From Macrostomum lignano (taxonomy: Eukaryota): 64,000 bases of DNA. Each line of letters starts with the position of its first letter. Position 1 is the stretch's first letter. A program made the position numbers and the translations under genes. Positions 31,482-44,146 of this stretch are shown piece after piece. The stretch lies in the NCBI GenBank assembly GCA_002269645.1, contig NIVC01001280.1, forward strand, positions 1 through 64,000, read 5' to 3'. Under the pieces are notes generated by a model, which did no database searches, was not told the DNA's origin, and worked only from the letters and a program-made list of their open reading frames with translations.

Positions 31482-32776
31482 TTTTTGTTGTTTTTGTTGT
31501 TGTTCGGCAAGGCCTCTTCAAAGACCCTCTGAATTGTAACAGCGATACTATGGTAACTTCTAGTAGACCCAGGGACTACATGACGCTTCCCGTCCCGTGT
31601 TTTACTAGCCCCTGAGTGGACCTTGGGCCGTTTTTACTTATTGTACCAATAAAATTGTTGTGGTGGCACTTATAGAATCTTGGTCTCTAAAAGCTTTACA
31701 TAAAAATTTGAGACACTGCTGCTGTGAAAGAAACTTTACGCTGGTTGTAAATGACATGTACTACTGCATGAAAGTCGCGGTTGATCAATTCGACTAGCTT
31801 GAGTACAGCCAATGCTGGTATTGTACGGGTGCTAGATAGTGAACATAAAGTGGCATACGAGTACAGCTGAGACTGATGAGTCAGCCGCAATCAAAGCCTT
31901 CACGAGATATAAAGATAAGAGCTTTTACGAGCTAGATGATTAACAATTAGGATATCTGCCGATCAGCTTTCTTTCGAGGAATTTACAGGTACCCTATATA
32001 TATTTGATAAACACATTTTGACCTTAACAAGCCAGTTCAAAAAAAAACCTAGCTCCGATGATCGCTCCTGCAGTAACTGCGTTGGTCTTTGGTCACTTAG
32101 GGAATTTATCTTAGGTAAAATTTGCATGTAGTGATTTATCACAATTAGTTTGCCGAAAACAGCAGCGGGAGACTACAAAGCGAATAAAATATCTGCCGCT
32201 CATTGAACTGATTCTGCTTAGCTCTCAATGAGAGAATTTGATTAGAGTACGAGCCGATTTGACATCCGGTTCCCATGTAACAATAGCAGCACGGGTGAAG
32301 CATAAGTACTAAATTGACTTTATTTAAATTTATTAATTGGTATGGATAAGTTGAAATATGGATAGGGTGCGATAACACAGCTTACATGTTCGCGCAAAAT
32401 GGAATAGCTTTACATTCATAAAGTTGAACAGATTTGAAAAAAATCTATTACAGATTTTAGGTGGGTAGAATCTGAACAAATCTGCTGTTGGATCAACCAA
32501 CGTAAGCCACACTTTCGAGTCCTTTTCGCTAATAGAAATGATGAGAATAAATTGCTGGGCGCACAAAGCAGACAAAGGCTTAAGCAGTGCGAACAGTTGC
32601 CTGGGTGACAGTTGGACAGAGCGAAATCGCCTAGCGCAGCAGCAATACTTTAATTTGAAATGTGTACTGAATCAGTGGGGATAGGTACATCTGGGAGGTC
32701 AGAAAGCTGGAGGATATGTTCAGCTAGATTGCTAAGAAAGGATCAGCTCAAACAGGCAATCATACGAGCCAGACGG

Positions 32777-33081
32777 TCAAACTGCGGCGGACTTGGCCCC
32801 GTAGGTGGACGGTGGCCGGGCCAGGGATCGGCCGTATCCCTGCGGCGACTGCAACGACACTGCGGAGAACTGCGGCTCCCCCAGTAGCGTCAGTGGCTGC
32901 CTGCCGCCCGGACAGTGCGTGAGGGGAAGCCGTTCCTGGCAGTGCGGGTGGAGCTCCTCCTCCAGAATGCAACTGCAGAGCGGAGAGCGAGACCGCAGGC
33001 CGGCCGAGGCAGCGACGGACGAGGAGGCCGCAGAAAACGGCAGGCTGGTGTATCGCACATGGTGGTCGGAGGCGGCCGCGA
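32777..33081 (-). CDS. PCDH: Protocadherin last exon (cytoplasmic tail)
   Basis: gctttttcag|TC GCG; phase 1 matches the 34583 donor; GC3-rich frame AAASDHHVRYTSLPF...STYGAKSAAV*. Confidence 0.75.
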
Positions 33082-36000
33082 CTGAAAAAGCGAGACGGAG
33101 ATTCGACCTGTGGCGAGGTGCCGAGCTAGGACGGATCATGCAGCCCCCAATCACCAAGTCTCTTGAGTAAAAAAAAATTCGGGTCCTTTATGTGCCCTAG
33201 AGAGCCCTGCTGTAGAATACGTGAGAGCGAATCTGTTGATGATGTGTGCTTATATTTGTACTCGTAGATGTCATAAGAAATTTTTGTGGTTTTGCCTGAT
33301 CTGTCCCTGGGTGAGGAGCACTGAAAGTGAATGAAACACGTGGGCCATCTGCTACTCATTATGGCAAAAAGTATTGCATGTCATGTCTGCAGGCTGGTAT
33401 GAGAGCTCTCTTAAGGAAGAGAAGTGTACTTAAAAACGTACTCAAACACAGTCGATGATGTGATGCAGAACTGCAGTAGAGCTAAAGCGAGGAGGCAAAA
33501 GCGCAAAACGATGCAGGTTAAGAGCAAGGTCAAAATGCGAGGCTATCACTCAAGATTTACTATTTTAAGACAATAATTTTTCTTGGCTGCACAGCATTAC
33601 TAAACTCACCCACAAGCACTTTATTTTGGTTTGGTTTTGTGAATATTTTTCTCCCAATACAAAGCACCGGTGTATTTGCAACCCTGTACAAAGCACCCGT
33701 GTATGTTGCACCCCTGTACAAAGCATCCGTGTATGTTCCACCACTGTACAAAGCACCCGTGTATGTTCCACCATTGTACAAAGCACCCGTGTATTTGCAC
33801 CACTGTACAAAGCATCCGTGTATGTTCCACCATTGTACAAAGCACCCGTGTATTTGCACCACTGTACAAAGCATCCGTGTATGTTCCACCATTGTACAAA
33901 GCACCCGTGTATGTTGCACCCCTGTACAAAGCATCCGTGTATGTTCCACCACTGTACAAAGCACCCGTGTATGTTGCACCCCTGTACAAAGCATCCGTGT
34001 ATGTTCCACCACTGTACAAAGCACCCGTGTATGTTGCACCCCTGTACAAAGCATCCGTGTATGTTCCACCACTGTACAAAGCACCCGTGTATGTTGCACC
34101 CCTGTACAAAGCATCCGTGTATGTTGCACCCCTGTACAAAGCATCCGTGTATGTTCCACCACTGTACAAAGCATCCGTGTATGTTCCACCACTGTACAAA
34201 GCACCCGTGTATGTTGCACCCCTGTACAAAGCATCCGTGTATGTTGCACCCCTGTACAAAGCATCCGTGTATGTTGCACCCCTGAACAAAGCACCCGAGT
34301 GTTTTGCACCCCTGTACAAAGCACCCGTGTATTTGCACCCCTGAACAAAGCACCCGAGTGTTTTGCACCCCTGAACAAAGCACCCGAGTGTTTTGCACCC
34401 CTGTACAAAGCACCTGAGTGTTTTGCACCCCTGTACAAAGCACCCGAGTGTTTCGCACCCCTGTACAAAGCACCCGTGTATTTGCACCCCTGTACAAAGC
34501 ACCCGAGTGTTTTGCACCTTTCTTAGCAGCACTGATGCGCTCTTCTAACCTACAATGCCGCTCTCTGACTGGAATGACTTACACCGGTGCTCGCCGTGAA
34601 TCATCTCCTCTTCACTGGCGCCGTGTCCCGAGTCGGCCGAGGCCACATCGTAGTCTCCGGGCGGATACAGGCAGGGGTTGTGGGATCCGAGGTGCAGAGA
34701 GTAGCTGCCGCCACCGCCGTTGCCGCCACCGAACCCGGCTCCGCTCTGCTGATGAGTTCGCGAACAATCCATGATGAGGACTTACGCTCGTAGCAAAATG
34801 GCAAAATATTTCAGTAAGTCTTTTTCACTAAATACAGCTTACTGATAGCAGGCACAGGGGACACGGGTACAAGCAAGGAACTCAGTCCAATAAAAATGAA
34901 ACAATATTTATGGACAATAAAAGTAAATCTAGTCAGTGGATCGGTCCACCAATGTTTTGTCAAGTCCAGTACGCTGTTGCAATTGAAACTGACATAAACA
35001 AACTTCTCAGTCGATAGAGCAGCAAGGAAGCGACTACCCGATGAAATCGCAGGACTCTGAGCATGAAAGCAGCAGATGGATTTCAGCAGATAACTGAGGT
35101 TTGAGCTCAGTGGGAATAAAAAATTTTAGATATCAACAAAGTGGGCCACTCCAGCATCCAATCTGGCATCATCACTTAGCCATGTCAAACATACGAATAT
35201 TGATCCTGGATTGCTCGAGACTAATCCGCTGCTTCCAGGAAGACTGGGATGACATTTCGGAAATTATGTGGATATTTTTTACTAATGAAATGGCATAAGA
35301 CTAAGTTTGATGTTTGAAAAGCTATATTCAAAGTCAAAAGCATACTTTGGCGTTTCAGGCATTTTTTCTGTAAAGTTAAAGTTAAGAGTAGCACCATAGG
35401 CAGGCTCATGTCAGTTCATTCATTCATGCTGAGGGGCCCATCCTGCTGATATTTATACTCTGTTGTCTGGACCAGTGGAACTCACCTGAACCTCACCCAA
35501 CCTTCCTCGCCTGAAGGCTGCGGTTTTGCGTGGGAATCAAGCGCGCCTGCATCGTGAGATTTGAAACGCATCCCTCATTGCCTGCGGTCCCGCACATCAC
35601 CTGGCCTGAAGCAGCTACATCCAGGATACTGAGACAATGGGAAAGTGGCAGCAGAAGCTTGCCAGGATGAGAATTTTCCACTGCTGAATTTTTCAAAACG
35701 CGCACGCCAATTAGCGGGTGAAAGTCGGATACCCCTTCGGGGCAGATGCCGCACTCTTGAGGCACAATTAGAGAAGCGATGCGAGTCTCAGCGGATCCGC
35801 TGCAGCCGCAGCAGGCAGAGCTTTTAATGCCCCGGCAGCAAGGAAATGCAAGACAGCGGGGAGTTTCTCAGCGCCAGTCTCCGCGATTCTCGCAGCTTCT
35901 GTGAAATCTTTAGCGTCTCCGTTGATTCCCTAATAATGAAAGCCGTGGAGGCTGCCTGATAGCCTGGAGACAGAGGTTCTGAAAGGCATCTGGCATAGAA

Positions 36001-39000
36001 ATCTGTCCTTGTCCTTGTCCTATCACAGGCAAAGGAGATTGCCTGCACCTCCAGAGCCAGGTTTGCCTCATAGACTTCCAGAAACTTTCAGCAACTGAAA
36101 AAGAGTTTAAAACTTTTCCCTTCTAACTTTTCACTGCGAATGTTGTAAAGCAAATACGAAGCAATAAGGGGGAATAAAGTACTTTCAACTGCTTCTGCAT
36201 TGTGACAGGCATTCTTACAAACCTCCCCTGCAGTTTTTCTCATTTGTCTTTAAGGAGGCCGGGCATTCACCGCTTCTGGGGACGTTTCTTCACCTGGGTT
36301 ATCTGAGCTTTGCGCCTGATCAGGTGGCTGCAGATACTGAAGGCAACGAATGGCCCACTCAAGCAGTCACGTGATCCGCTGCTCATGGGCTCGCCGCTAA
36401 TCAACAAGAATCTGCGCAAAGTGGCTGGCGGTGAAAGGTGGTGGGCGGCCCGTAAATCGCAATCGATACGCAGCCCGCCTGTAACGATTTTTCTACGGGT
36501 CCCCGCGCTCCGGGTGACGACTTTCCGCACTCGCATTGCAGAGTTAAGGCAACTGCGCAAAATCGCAACGGGCGTTTCCTGCCTGACCCCGATTTCGGCA
36601 GGCAGGTGGGGATTTCTAGGATGCGGAGTGAGACCCCAATTTCAGCCAAGGCCGGAGCTGTATGTTCCTTGGACACCTGCAGTGCCGCCATTGCCGCTCA
36701 TTATGTGAAGCTGCAGTGAAAAACTGCGCGGGGCCTCTACGGCTGAAAGTCCTTCTCACACAAACTTCTATTGTGGAGTTGTATAGTGAGCTGGAAATCA
36801 CTTCAGAAAGCTGTATATGCAAGTCTCAGTTTGAAAGAATACTAAATACATCAGCTGCTTTAGAACTGTGTGCGCCGGTGCAGGCGTGAGCAAAGTCGCC
36901 AAACACGGCAGAATCTTGTTACTGAGTTACTGAATAGTCTAACCGCCGCTGAATCAGTCAACTTCAGATGGATAGAATGGATTGAATGCCATCACTCAAC
37001 TGCAGATCTTCAATGTAATTTGTGCAAGTCTCGCAAGAGATAGCTGTTCTGCGAGGAAAGCCGGTCACAGCTATAATACGAAGGCGAATGCGATAATTCG
37101 AGCGCGCCTCATTGCTCCCGCTCGCGTACCGAGCACGAATTCCAAAGCCTTGTTAGCAGGGTGGCAACAAGGATGGACAGAAACGAGCTTCTCAAACTCT
37201 CCCAGCCCGTGTTTGCAGTGGACTGCAGTTCCAGTTTGCAGCAGAGTCGGAAGTGAAGAGCAGAGAGAAGCCGGACTTACTCATCAATCAGAGCCCCGGT
37301 CCTGACAGGATTAAATTATAGGTAGCCCTTCTTCCTTGAGCTGCTCACGGACGATTCAAGGAGCGGATGAGGCGGTGGGTGGATCAGGGCAAGCGAAGGA
37401 GAAGTGGAAGGAGGCTGCTTGGGGTTGGAATTAATTTGACCCCGAATTCTCTTCGCCCGCTGTCCCCAGCCACTCATGCTTGGGGGACACCTGAGCAGAG
37501 TGGCGGATCGGTGATGAAGCAGTGAGGCGTGCTCAGCCTCAGTCTCAATTTCAGCCGGTTAAGTCTTCTTCAACTGCTTTCTGGATTGCTTTTCCCATTT
37601 CTCTGGATTCCCAGTCAATTGTTTGCGCTGCTGAAGCAGGCGGGGCTGCGCGATCGTCAGGCGGCACAGCTGATTAATCGCATGGCAATATGGGCCACAG
37701 AGATGACAGGCTGAGTATTGAAGTTAGCAAGGAGCTGCTGAATAATTTATTTCTGGATACTGGAAACAAAGCCAGCAGCATTCAGCTTGCTTGGTGAGGC
37801 AAGCAAAAGCATTATCACATTCGCGCGCAACAATAGAAAGGAAACGCTCCACTGTTTTGACAGCAGCGATTACGCAACCAGCTACAAGTAAGTTTTATCA
37901 ACTCACCTCCCGTCTCGACATCTCCAGCTGCCCACTATCCCCTGTCGGTCCAAATGTGGTCAACGGGGCCGCCCCGTCCATCGTTGGCTGTCCGCCGTAG
38001 ATAGACTCAGCTGCATCTCCAGGATGACCGCCACCCGCAGCCTGGTGCTGCCGATGCTCTTTAGATCCTTCGTAGCCTCGCCTGCCTCCTGCGCCGCCAC
38101 CCACCACGCAGGGCTGGCGCCGAGTCAGCATCACGATGGCCACCACAAGGATAACCGTGATGAAGCTGGAGGCGCCAACGATAACCAGGAGCACAGTCCA
38201 GTTTGATGAAGGGCCCCAAACAGGCGCAAAAATAGAACCATCAGAGCGGCGCTCAACGAACACGGAAAAGCTGACGGAATCGGATAGCGGTCTGGGTAGG
38301 CCGGAGTCCGTCACAGTGACCTTCAGCTGGTGCAGCCCCGGTGACAGGCTGCTCAGCACCCGCAGCGAGCCTGTTACTTCGTCCAGCTGGAACTCCCGAG
38401 GGCCAGCCTGCTGCAGGTGCATGCGGAAGCCGCCCGCCAACACGCAGTCACGAGCCGATAACGGTTGGGGAAAACCGCAATGATCGGCGTCCTCTGCTTC
38501 GATCTGCAGCACGAGAACTCCCGGTGTGTGGTCACTCGTGATGTTAATAACCTTTGTGGGTGTGGGGTAGGGTTATAGCGATTTTATTCCTTTTAATATT
38601 AAGTTAAGATTCAAAAACTTCAGCTACAGTCAAATTGCTCTATAAACGATACTATCTTCTATACAACGATGCTTGTGTTAATGCATTCTCCATTCCTACC
38701 TCATTTGGTGCCGGTTTTCGAACAACTGGTGGGTTGTCGTTGAGGTCTAGCAGGCTGACGGTTACGGTGGCAGACGAAGACCTCGGGGGGTTGCCGAAGT
38801 CTGTGACGCTAATGAGCAGCAGGTGCCGTTCCGCCCGCTCCCGGTCCAGATAACCAGTGACCCAGACGCGACCCTCTGAGTCAACCCGGTAGGTGGCGTT
38901 CAACCGCCGTTGCGAGAGGACTTCAACAAGGCGGAATTCTGCCATTGCATTAGAAGTTTTTGGATCGTCAAGGTCCTCGTAAGCTAGCTGACCGACCAAT

Positions 39001-40808
39001 TCGTTGTTTTTGCGGAAGTCACCAAAAGTTTCGTTAATTTCGAGCAGCAGTGGCGCCTTCACAGTGGGGCTGTTGTCATTGACGTCCAGCACGCGAACTT
39101 CCACCTGAGCTGTGGCGGAAAGCTGACCGTCTGTGACTTGCACGGAGAATGAATAAGCAGCAGAGCCTGATGGAAACTCGCCAGCGGCTTCGCGGTCAAG
39201 AGTACGCAGCGTGCTGATAAGGCCGGTTCGCTCGTTGATTTTGAACCGACCTCGGGTCTGGCTCTCATCACTGAAGGAGTAGACCAGATTCGCAGTAGCA
39301 TCGCCATCGTAGGCGGCAACTTGCGTTACGGGCGTACCGTCCGGCTCTCCTTCACGGACTTCACTATAGAACACCGTGGTGTTAAACGCGGGAGAATATT
39401 CGTTCTGGTCTCCGATCTCTACAATGACCGTGAGATTTGAGGCCATTGGCGGGGTTCCGCGATCCGAGCATACGATCACAAAAAGGTCGCTGGCCACGGC
39501 CTCTCGGTCGTATCTCCGCGTGGTGTTAATCTGGTACAACCTTCCATCTGAGGTGCTGCTCATGACAAACCTGTCGGCCCCGACTCCAAGTCGGCAGTCG
39601 ACACGGCCGTTATCCCCCAGGTCGCTGTCGCGAACCTTGGCATATGCAACCACACTAGGCTGTGCGTTCTCCAATACCATCGGCCGGTCTGGGCGAGACG
39701 GGACAAACTTGAAGTTAATGATCTCGACGCTTGGGCGGTGGTCGTTTATGTCCGTCACGAAAATTTTTATACGAGCCTCCTGTCGGCGCGGAGGCTGGCC
39801 ATGGTCCCTGACAAACACTTTCAGCTCCAGTGGCATTTGGTCAGCTGCATTCACTGGACCAGTCAGCAGCAGGTCACCGCTGTCCGGCTCCACCCGGAAG
39901 CTGGTCATTCCATCCTCTAACCAGTATCTGAGGCGCGAGTTGTCACCGGAGTCTTTGTCAGAGGCGTTGACTCGGCCGATTCTTTTTGTCGGCCCACCCG
40001 GCTGCCAGTCAGCCTCAGACACCTGAAACTCGTACAATGAGCGCTCGAACTGCGGCCAGTTGTCATTCTCGTCCTGAACTCGAACCTCAATGATGGCGGT
40101 AGTGCAATGGGGCTGAAGGCCTTCATCGCAGGCCTGCAATGTCAAGTTGTAGCTCTGCAATTTCTCATAGTCCAGACCGGGTCCAATCTGTAGGGTTAGA
40201 CCGGAGCTCGGTAGCAGCTTGTCCGCCTGCATCCTCTCCGGGTGGCTGCTGCTCAGGATCATGGTGTTAGTGCGGCCATTCTTGCCAGCATCGAGGTCAG
40301 TGACGGCCGGCAACTGCAGCCACTGATTTGCCGAGTTTTCCTTAACCATCAGAACGCGGCCTGAGGCTTCAAACTGCGGCGCGTTGTCGTTGACATCCCT
40401 AATGAGCAGGTCGAACTGCACCAGCGCCATGCGGTCCATCCGTTTTTTGTTTCGCAGTACCACCTCGAAACGCACTTTGCAGGGCGACTGCGACCGACAG
40501 CCCAATCGTGGGTCCTCGCGGTCGATGTCGGAAGCGACTTTCAAGCTGCGACCGTCGTCTGTGACCGTCAGCAAGTTGAGGCTCTGATTCCTCGGGGGGG
40601 AAAGCCGAATATTCACCAAGTCATCCTTTTGCCAGCTCAGGCCGCTGAAGCACACGTCATACAGGTTTGAGTTGTCGATGGACGCTTCTTTCGGAATACC
40701 CTCGTCAACCGAGAATTGGCAGGCAGCTTCTGTTACGACTGCAGCTGCAACCGCGAGCATCAGGGATAGTGAGAACAGGCAGAGAGTCCACTGGGCCCCA
40801 AGGTGCAT
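32777..40808 (-). CDS. PCDH: Protocadherin, delta1-like (7 cadherin repeats); gene span, 4 exons, 1074 aa
   Basis: join(40808..38700,38551..37907,34748..34583,33081..32777) = 3225 nt, GT-AG and phase-consistent; signal peptide, DxNDN/DRE/DxD motifs, TM helix, DSGHG motif. Confidence 0.92.
33655..34520. repeat. Intronic minisatellite, 29-30-bp unit
   Basis: About 29 copies of CTGTACAAAGCACCCGTGTATGTTGCACCC with several interleaved variants. Confidence 0.95.
34583..34748 (-). CDS. PCDH: Protocadherin exon 3 (cytoplasmic, CM1-like)
   Basis: tcatcag|CAG ... CGG T|gtaagt; ...DYDVASADSGHGASEEE resembles the delta-protocadherin DSG(H/R)GDS motif. Confidence 0.8.
37907..38551 (-). CDS. PCDH: Protocadherin exon 2 (EC7, TM, juxtamembrane)
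   Basis: acaaag|GTT ATT AAC ... GAG|gtgagt; VINITSDHTPGVLVLQIEAEDAD...VTDSGLPRPLS; TM WTVLLVIVGASSFITVILVVAIVML followed by TRR. Confidence 0.92.
38700..40808 (-). CDS. PCDH: Protocadherin exon 1 (signal peptide, EC1-EC6)
   Basis: 718-aa ORF with six DxND(N/H/E)xP linkers and DRE/DYE motifs; donor AATGAG|gtagga. Confidence 0.96.
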
Positions 40809-42292
40809 CGCGATTGGCCTGAAAACAAAATCAAAAAGAAAAAAGAATTAGCCAAAGTCTGGCTGTGAAAACCCCCAGCTTGGGAGGCGATCCATCAATC
40901 AGTTCCGCCCAGCTGCCGGCTGAGCTGCGTGCCGAAGCTGCTGGAGCCTACCATGCAACCTCATCAAAGAAGTGCTAAATATTTTGCTAAACAGCTTATT
41001 TTGCTAAAAAGCTCAAGAAACTCTGGCGATAATCTCATTTGAGCAGGAGAATCTAAGGTTTGAAGTTTTGCTTTTGCTAATGCAGGCTTCTCTTGACTCC
41101 CAGCCAGCTCCTGTCACTCTGAGAAAGGCCTGGCGCTCTCAACTCAGCAAGGGTCCCCAGCTCTCCTGTTCTGCCTCAAGTGCAAAGCAGAAAAGTGGCA
41201 ATTCACTGCGAATTCCTTCCTGTCCGCTGTCCCTACTCTCTCTCGCTGCTCAGCACGGCAGTCCACTGAGCCAGCTACTTTCCTAATTTTAATCAAGGCA
41301 GAGCTTTGCAGTAGCTGGATAGCAGGTTTAAGTGGCAACAGCGCTGATGGCTGAGGCAGGGCGTTGCTGTGTATCAACATGGTGCGCCTGGCCTACTTGA
41401 GCTCTGGCCCGGCCAGCCCCGCCACCTCTCGCCTCAGCCAGGAGTTTTGTCGGAAGCATGAGATCCGGGTGGAGACCAGCAGCCATCCAGCTAGACTCCC
41501 GGGGACTCGAAGCCGGGAAATTGCAAAAGGAACAAAGACCTCGGTGGACAGGAATTTAAAACTCGAATAATTCAGGGTGGTCAGAGTGCCGCGAGTTCAA
41601 AATCTTTCTTTCAAAGCTGCTTTTAGCCCCTCCTTAATTGCGCAACCGACCAGGAAAAAAATAATTACCCCAGAGAGAGCAGCGCGTCTGAGAGGCCGCT
41701 GAAATTTTAATGCCCTCCGGAGCCCTGAGCCGATCAATTTCTGGACTTCAGGGTCGATCGCACCGGCCCGCTGGGTCCCTAATAGGAAATTCACACTTTG
41801 CGCCATCCTTTATAGCGACTCCGGCATCCACAAAATCGCCTGGCGGGACTGCCCTTGGCTCCGATTCTCAGCGACGCTGATCGGGTCAGAAATCTCCCCT
41901 CCATTTCCTGCGCCAATTCTTCGCACCCTTCAGCATCTCTGATTTTTTACGCTTGCTTTAAATCTTCTGCTTCACTGCGTCTTCTTTTCTCTCATTTCCT
42001 TCCTTAATGTCGCCCTCGCCTGCTGTGCAGGCTGGCTCCTTTTGTCCTTTTCTTTGAAAGCTGCGCCCTCATTTCCTGTCACTAACCAGCCTCCCCTACA
42101 GCTGCCGAACCCGCGCAGTTTACCGAACTCATTTTCGAACTCGGGACAAGGCGCAAAAATAGTCGATACAGAAAGAGTACTTGAAAGATAGATGCCCGGA
42201 GACCAGCTGACAGGATGAGGCAGAATAAGGCAAACTATGGGAAGGATAAACTGAGACCAATGTGACTTCTGCAAAGTCCGAGGTGAGGCACA

Positions 42293-42745
42293 CAGTGAAT
42301 TCTGCAAATTCCGAGAGTGAAACACGCAGGGATCGGTGTGAATTCTGTAGAATCGGAGAGTGAAACACGCAGGGATCGGTGTGAATTCTGTAGAATCGGA
42401 GAGTGAAACACGCAGGGATCGGTGTGAATTCTGTAGAATCGGAGAGTGAAACACGCAGAGATCGGTGTGAATTCTTTAGAATCGGAGAGTGAAACACGCA
42501 GGGATCGGTGTGAATTCTGCAAATTTCGAGAGTGAAACACGCAGGGATTGGTGTGAATTCTTTAGAATCGGGGAGTGAAACACGCAGTGATCGGTGTGAA
42601 TTATGTAGAATCTGAGAGTGAAACACGCAGTGATCGGTGAGAATTCTGTAGGATCAGAGAGTGAAACACGCAGTGATCGGTGAGAATTCTGTAGGATCAG
42701 AGAGTGAAACACGCAGTGATCGGTGTGAATTCTGTAGAATCAGAC
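42293..42745. repeat. Minisatellite, 43-bp unit
   Basis: About 10 copies of GAATTCTGTAGAATCGGAGAGTGAAACACGCAGGGATCGGTGT. Confidence 0.93.
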
Positions 42746-43804
42746 GTGACGAGTGCGAATATATAATGGAGAAGGAAGAACGCAGAATGCGACATTGTGC
42801 GGAGAGGAAATTGTGAGACGCAGGAGCGAGCGCTGCAGAAGTGGGAGAGGATAAATGAGGCCGTGCAGCCGATATCAGCAGGGCAGCTGTTCACAAGCGG
42901 CGCTCAAACAGCGCGAGGCCAAGGAAGAAAAAAGCTGAGCTCGCATTTGCTCTCTTTTTCCTTGACCAATGGAAATGTTTTTATGCAGGGTTCGGTGGGA
43001 AGATGGGGAGACGGGATAAATGTAGCAGGCTGAAGGGCAGGCAAAGACAATGGGGTGGGGAGTGTCGATGCGAGTTCGGAGTATTTACTCCCTCGGAAGA
43101 AAACCGGGGCTTTTTGTGAACGCCAGCCATAAATTTTCTTAGTCATCCTCGGGGCGCAATTTGAGTCGGGCCGGCGCATCCCCAGCTGATGGGGTGTTGA
43201 GGCTGGACCGAGAGGAAGGAAGAGCGGGCAGAGTGAGTAGACAAAAAAGCCTTTTATCCACATCCCACAGAAAAAAGAGCGGCAAGAATGAGCGCATGTT
43301 TGCCCGGGACAAACAGCAAAAGACTGGGTAGGTCGGATTGGCAGAAAAGGAAAAAGTAAAATTAAAAAAGCGAACACCTGCCTCGCTCGACCTCATTAAA
43401 CGATGTCGCTTGCCAGGATCCTGGAGCAGCAGCTTATTGTTACCCGAACAATCCACAATCCTGTTTCATTCCTTAATCTGATCCCAACTTCTTGGCTGCC
43501 CCATAATTGCAAAGGCCGAACAAATAATGCTCCAATCCCTCCACTGCTACTTTGCCTCATCACTGCCACACCTTCTGGGTGAATTTTGAGCTGAAGCTCC
43601 GATAGCTGTAAGAGGAGTGTGTCACTGCTCAAAGTTCTGTCTTACCGGCTGCAGCAGCAGCCAGAGTAGAAGTCTCACTGTCTCCTTCTCACACTGCCTG
43701 CTAGGGAAAATATCCGTTTAAACTGGGGGTAGCGCAAGATTGCGTTACCTTCTGACAGATGCACCGCCCCAGCAAGCACCCCGCCTGACACTTTAAAAGT
43801 CGAA

Positions 43805-44146
43805 TCAGTGGCTGGAAAAACGCACTGCCCAGAAAGAAGACCAGAGGCGATTTATTTGGCAATGGCAATCCTCTATGCTCTTTAGGCTACCCTGGGCAGA
43901 CCGGGAAATCATCAATTCTGATGCGGAAGCCGCGCATCTGCCGCAGCCGCTGGCCCGAGAGGCGGACACTTTGTAGAAGATGACCCCCAAGCCAAAGACC
44001 AACATGAAGGCAGTTGCGATCACAATGGGAACAAAGGATTGCGACGCAAGGGAGAGAACCTCCCAGTGAGGATCAGGTGTTCCTTGCTGCCTCTTCTTCC
44101 CTCCGTCCCCATTCAGAGAAGCGTGAACCCTTGTGGAGGCGGGCGA
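43805..44146 (-). CDS. Candidate exon of an unannotated single-pass membrane protein
   Basis: Long polypyrimidine tract and ttccag|TCG acceptor; 113-aa open frame with hydrophobic FVPIVIATAFMLVFGLGVIFY followed by K; in-phase upstream donor CCTGGG|gtaggt at 44264. Confidence 0.45.
   Translation of the reverse strand, partial: SPASTRVHASLNGDGGKKRQQGTPDPHWEVLSLASQSFVPIVIATAFMLVFGLGVIFYKVSASRASGCGRCAASASELMISRSAQGSLKSIEDCHCQINRLWSSFWAVRFSSH

Noticed and set aside
32805-33170. 121-aa plus-strand ORF, first considered a TE fragment
   Set aside because: It is the antisense shadow of the protocadherin last exon, whose acceptor and phase fit exactly.
33560-34532. Six overlapping 219-310-aa ORFs
   Set aside because: All derive from the 30-bp minisatellite within a protocadherin intron.
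34749-34785. Apparent 37-nt mini-intron (gtaagt...catcag)
   Set aside because: The upstream sequence has an in-frame stop and no good acceptor; 37907 joins 34748 directly in phase.
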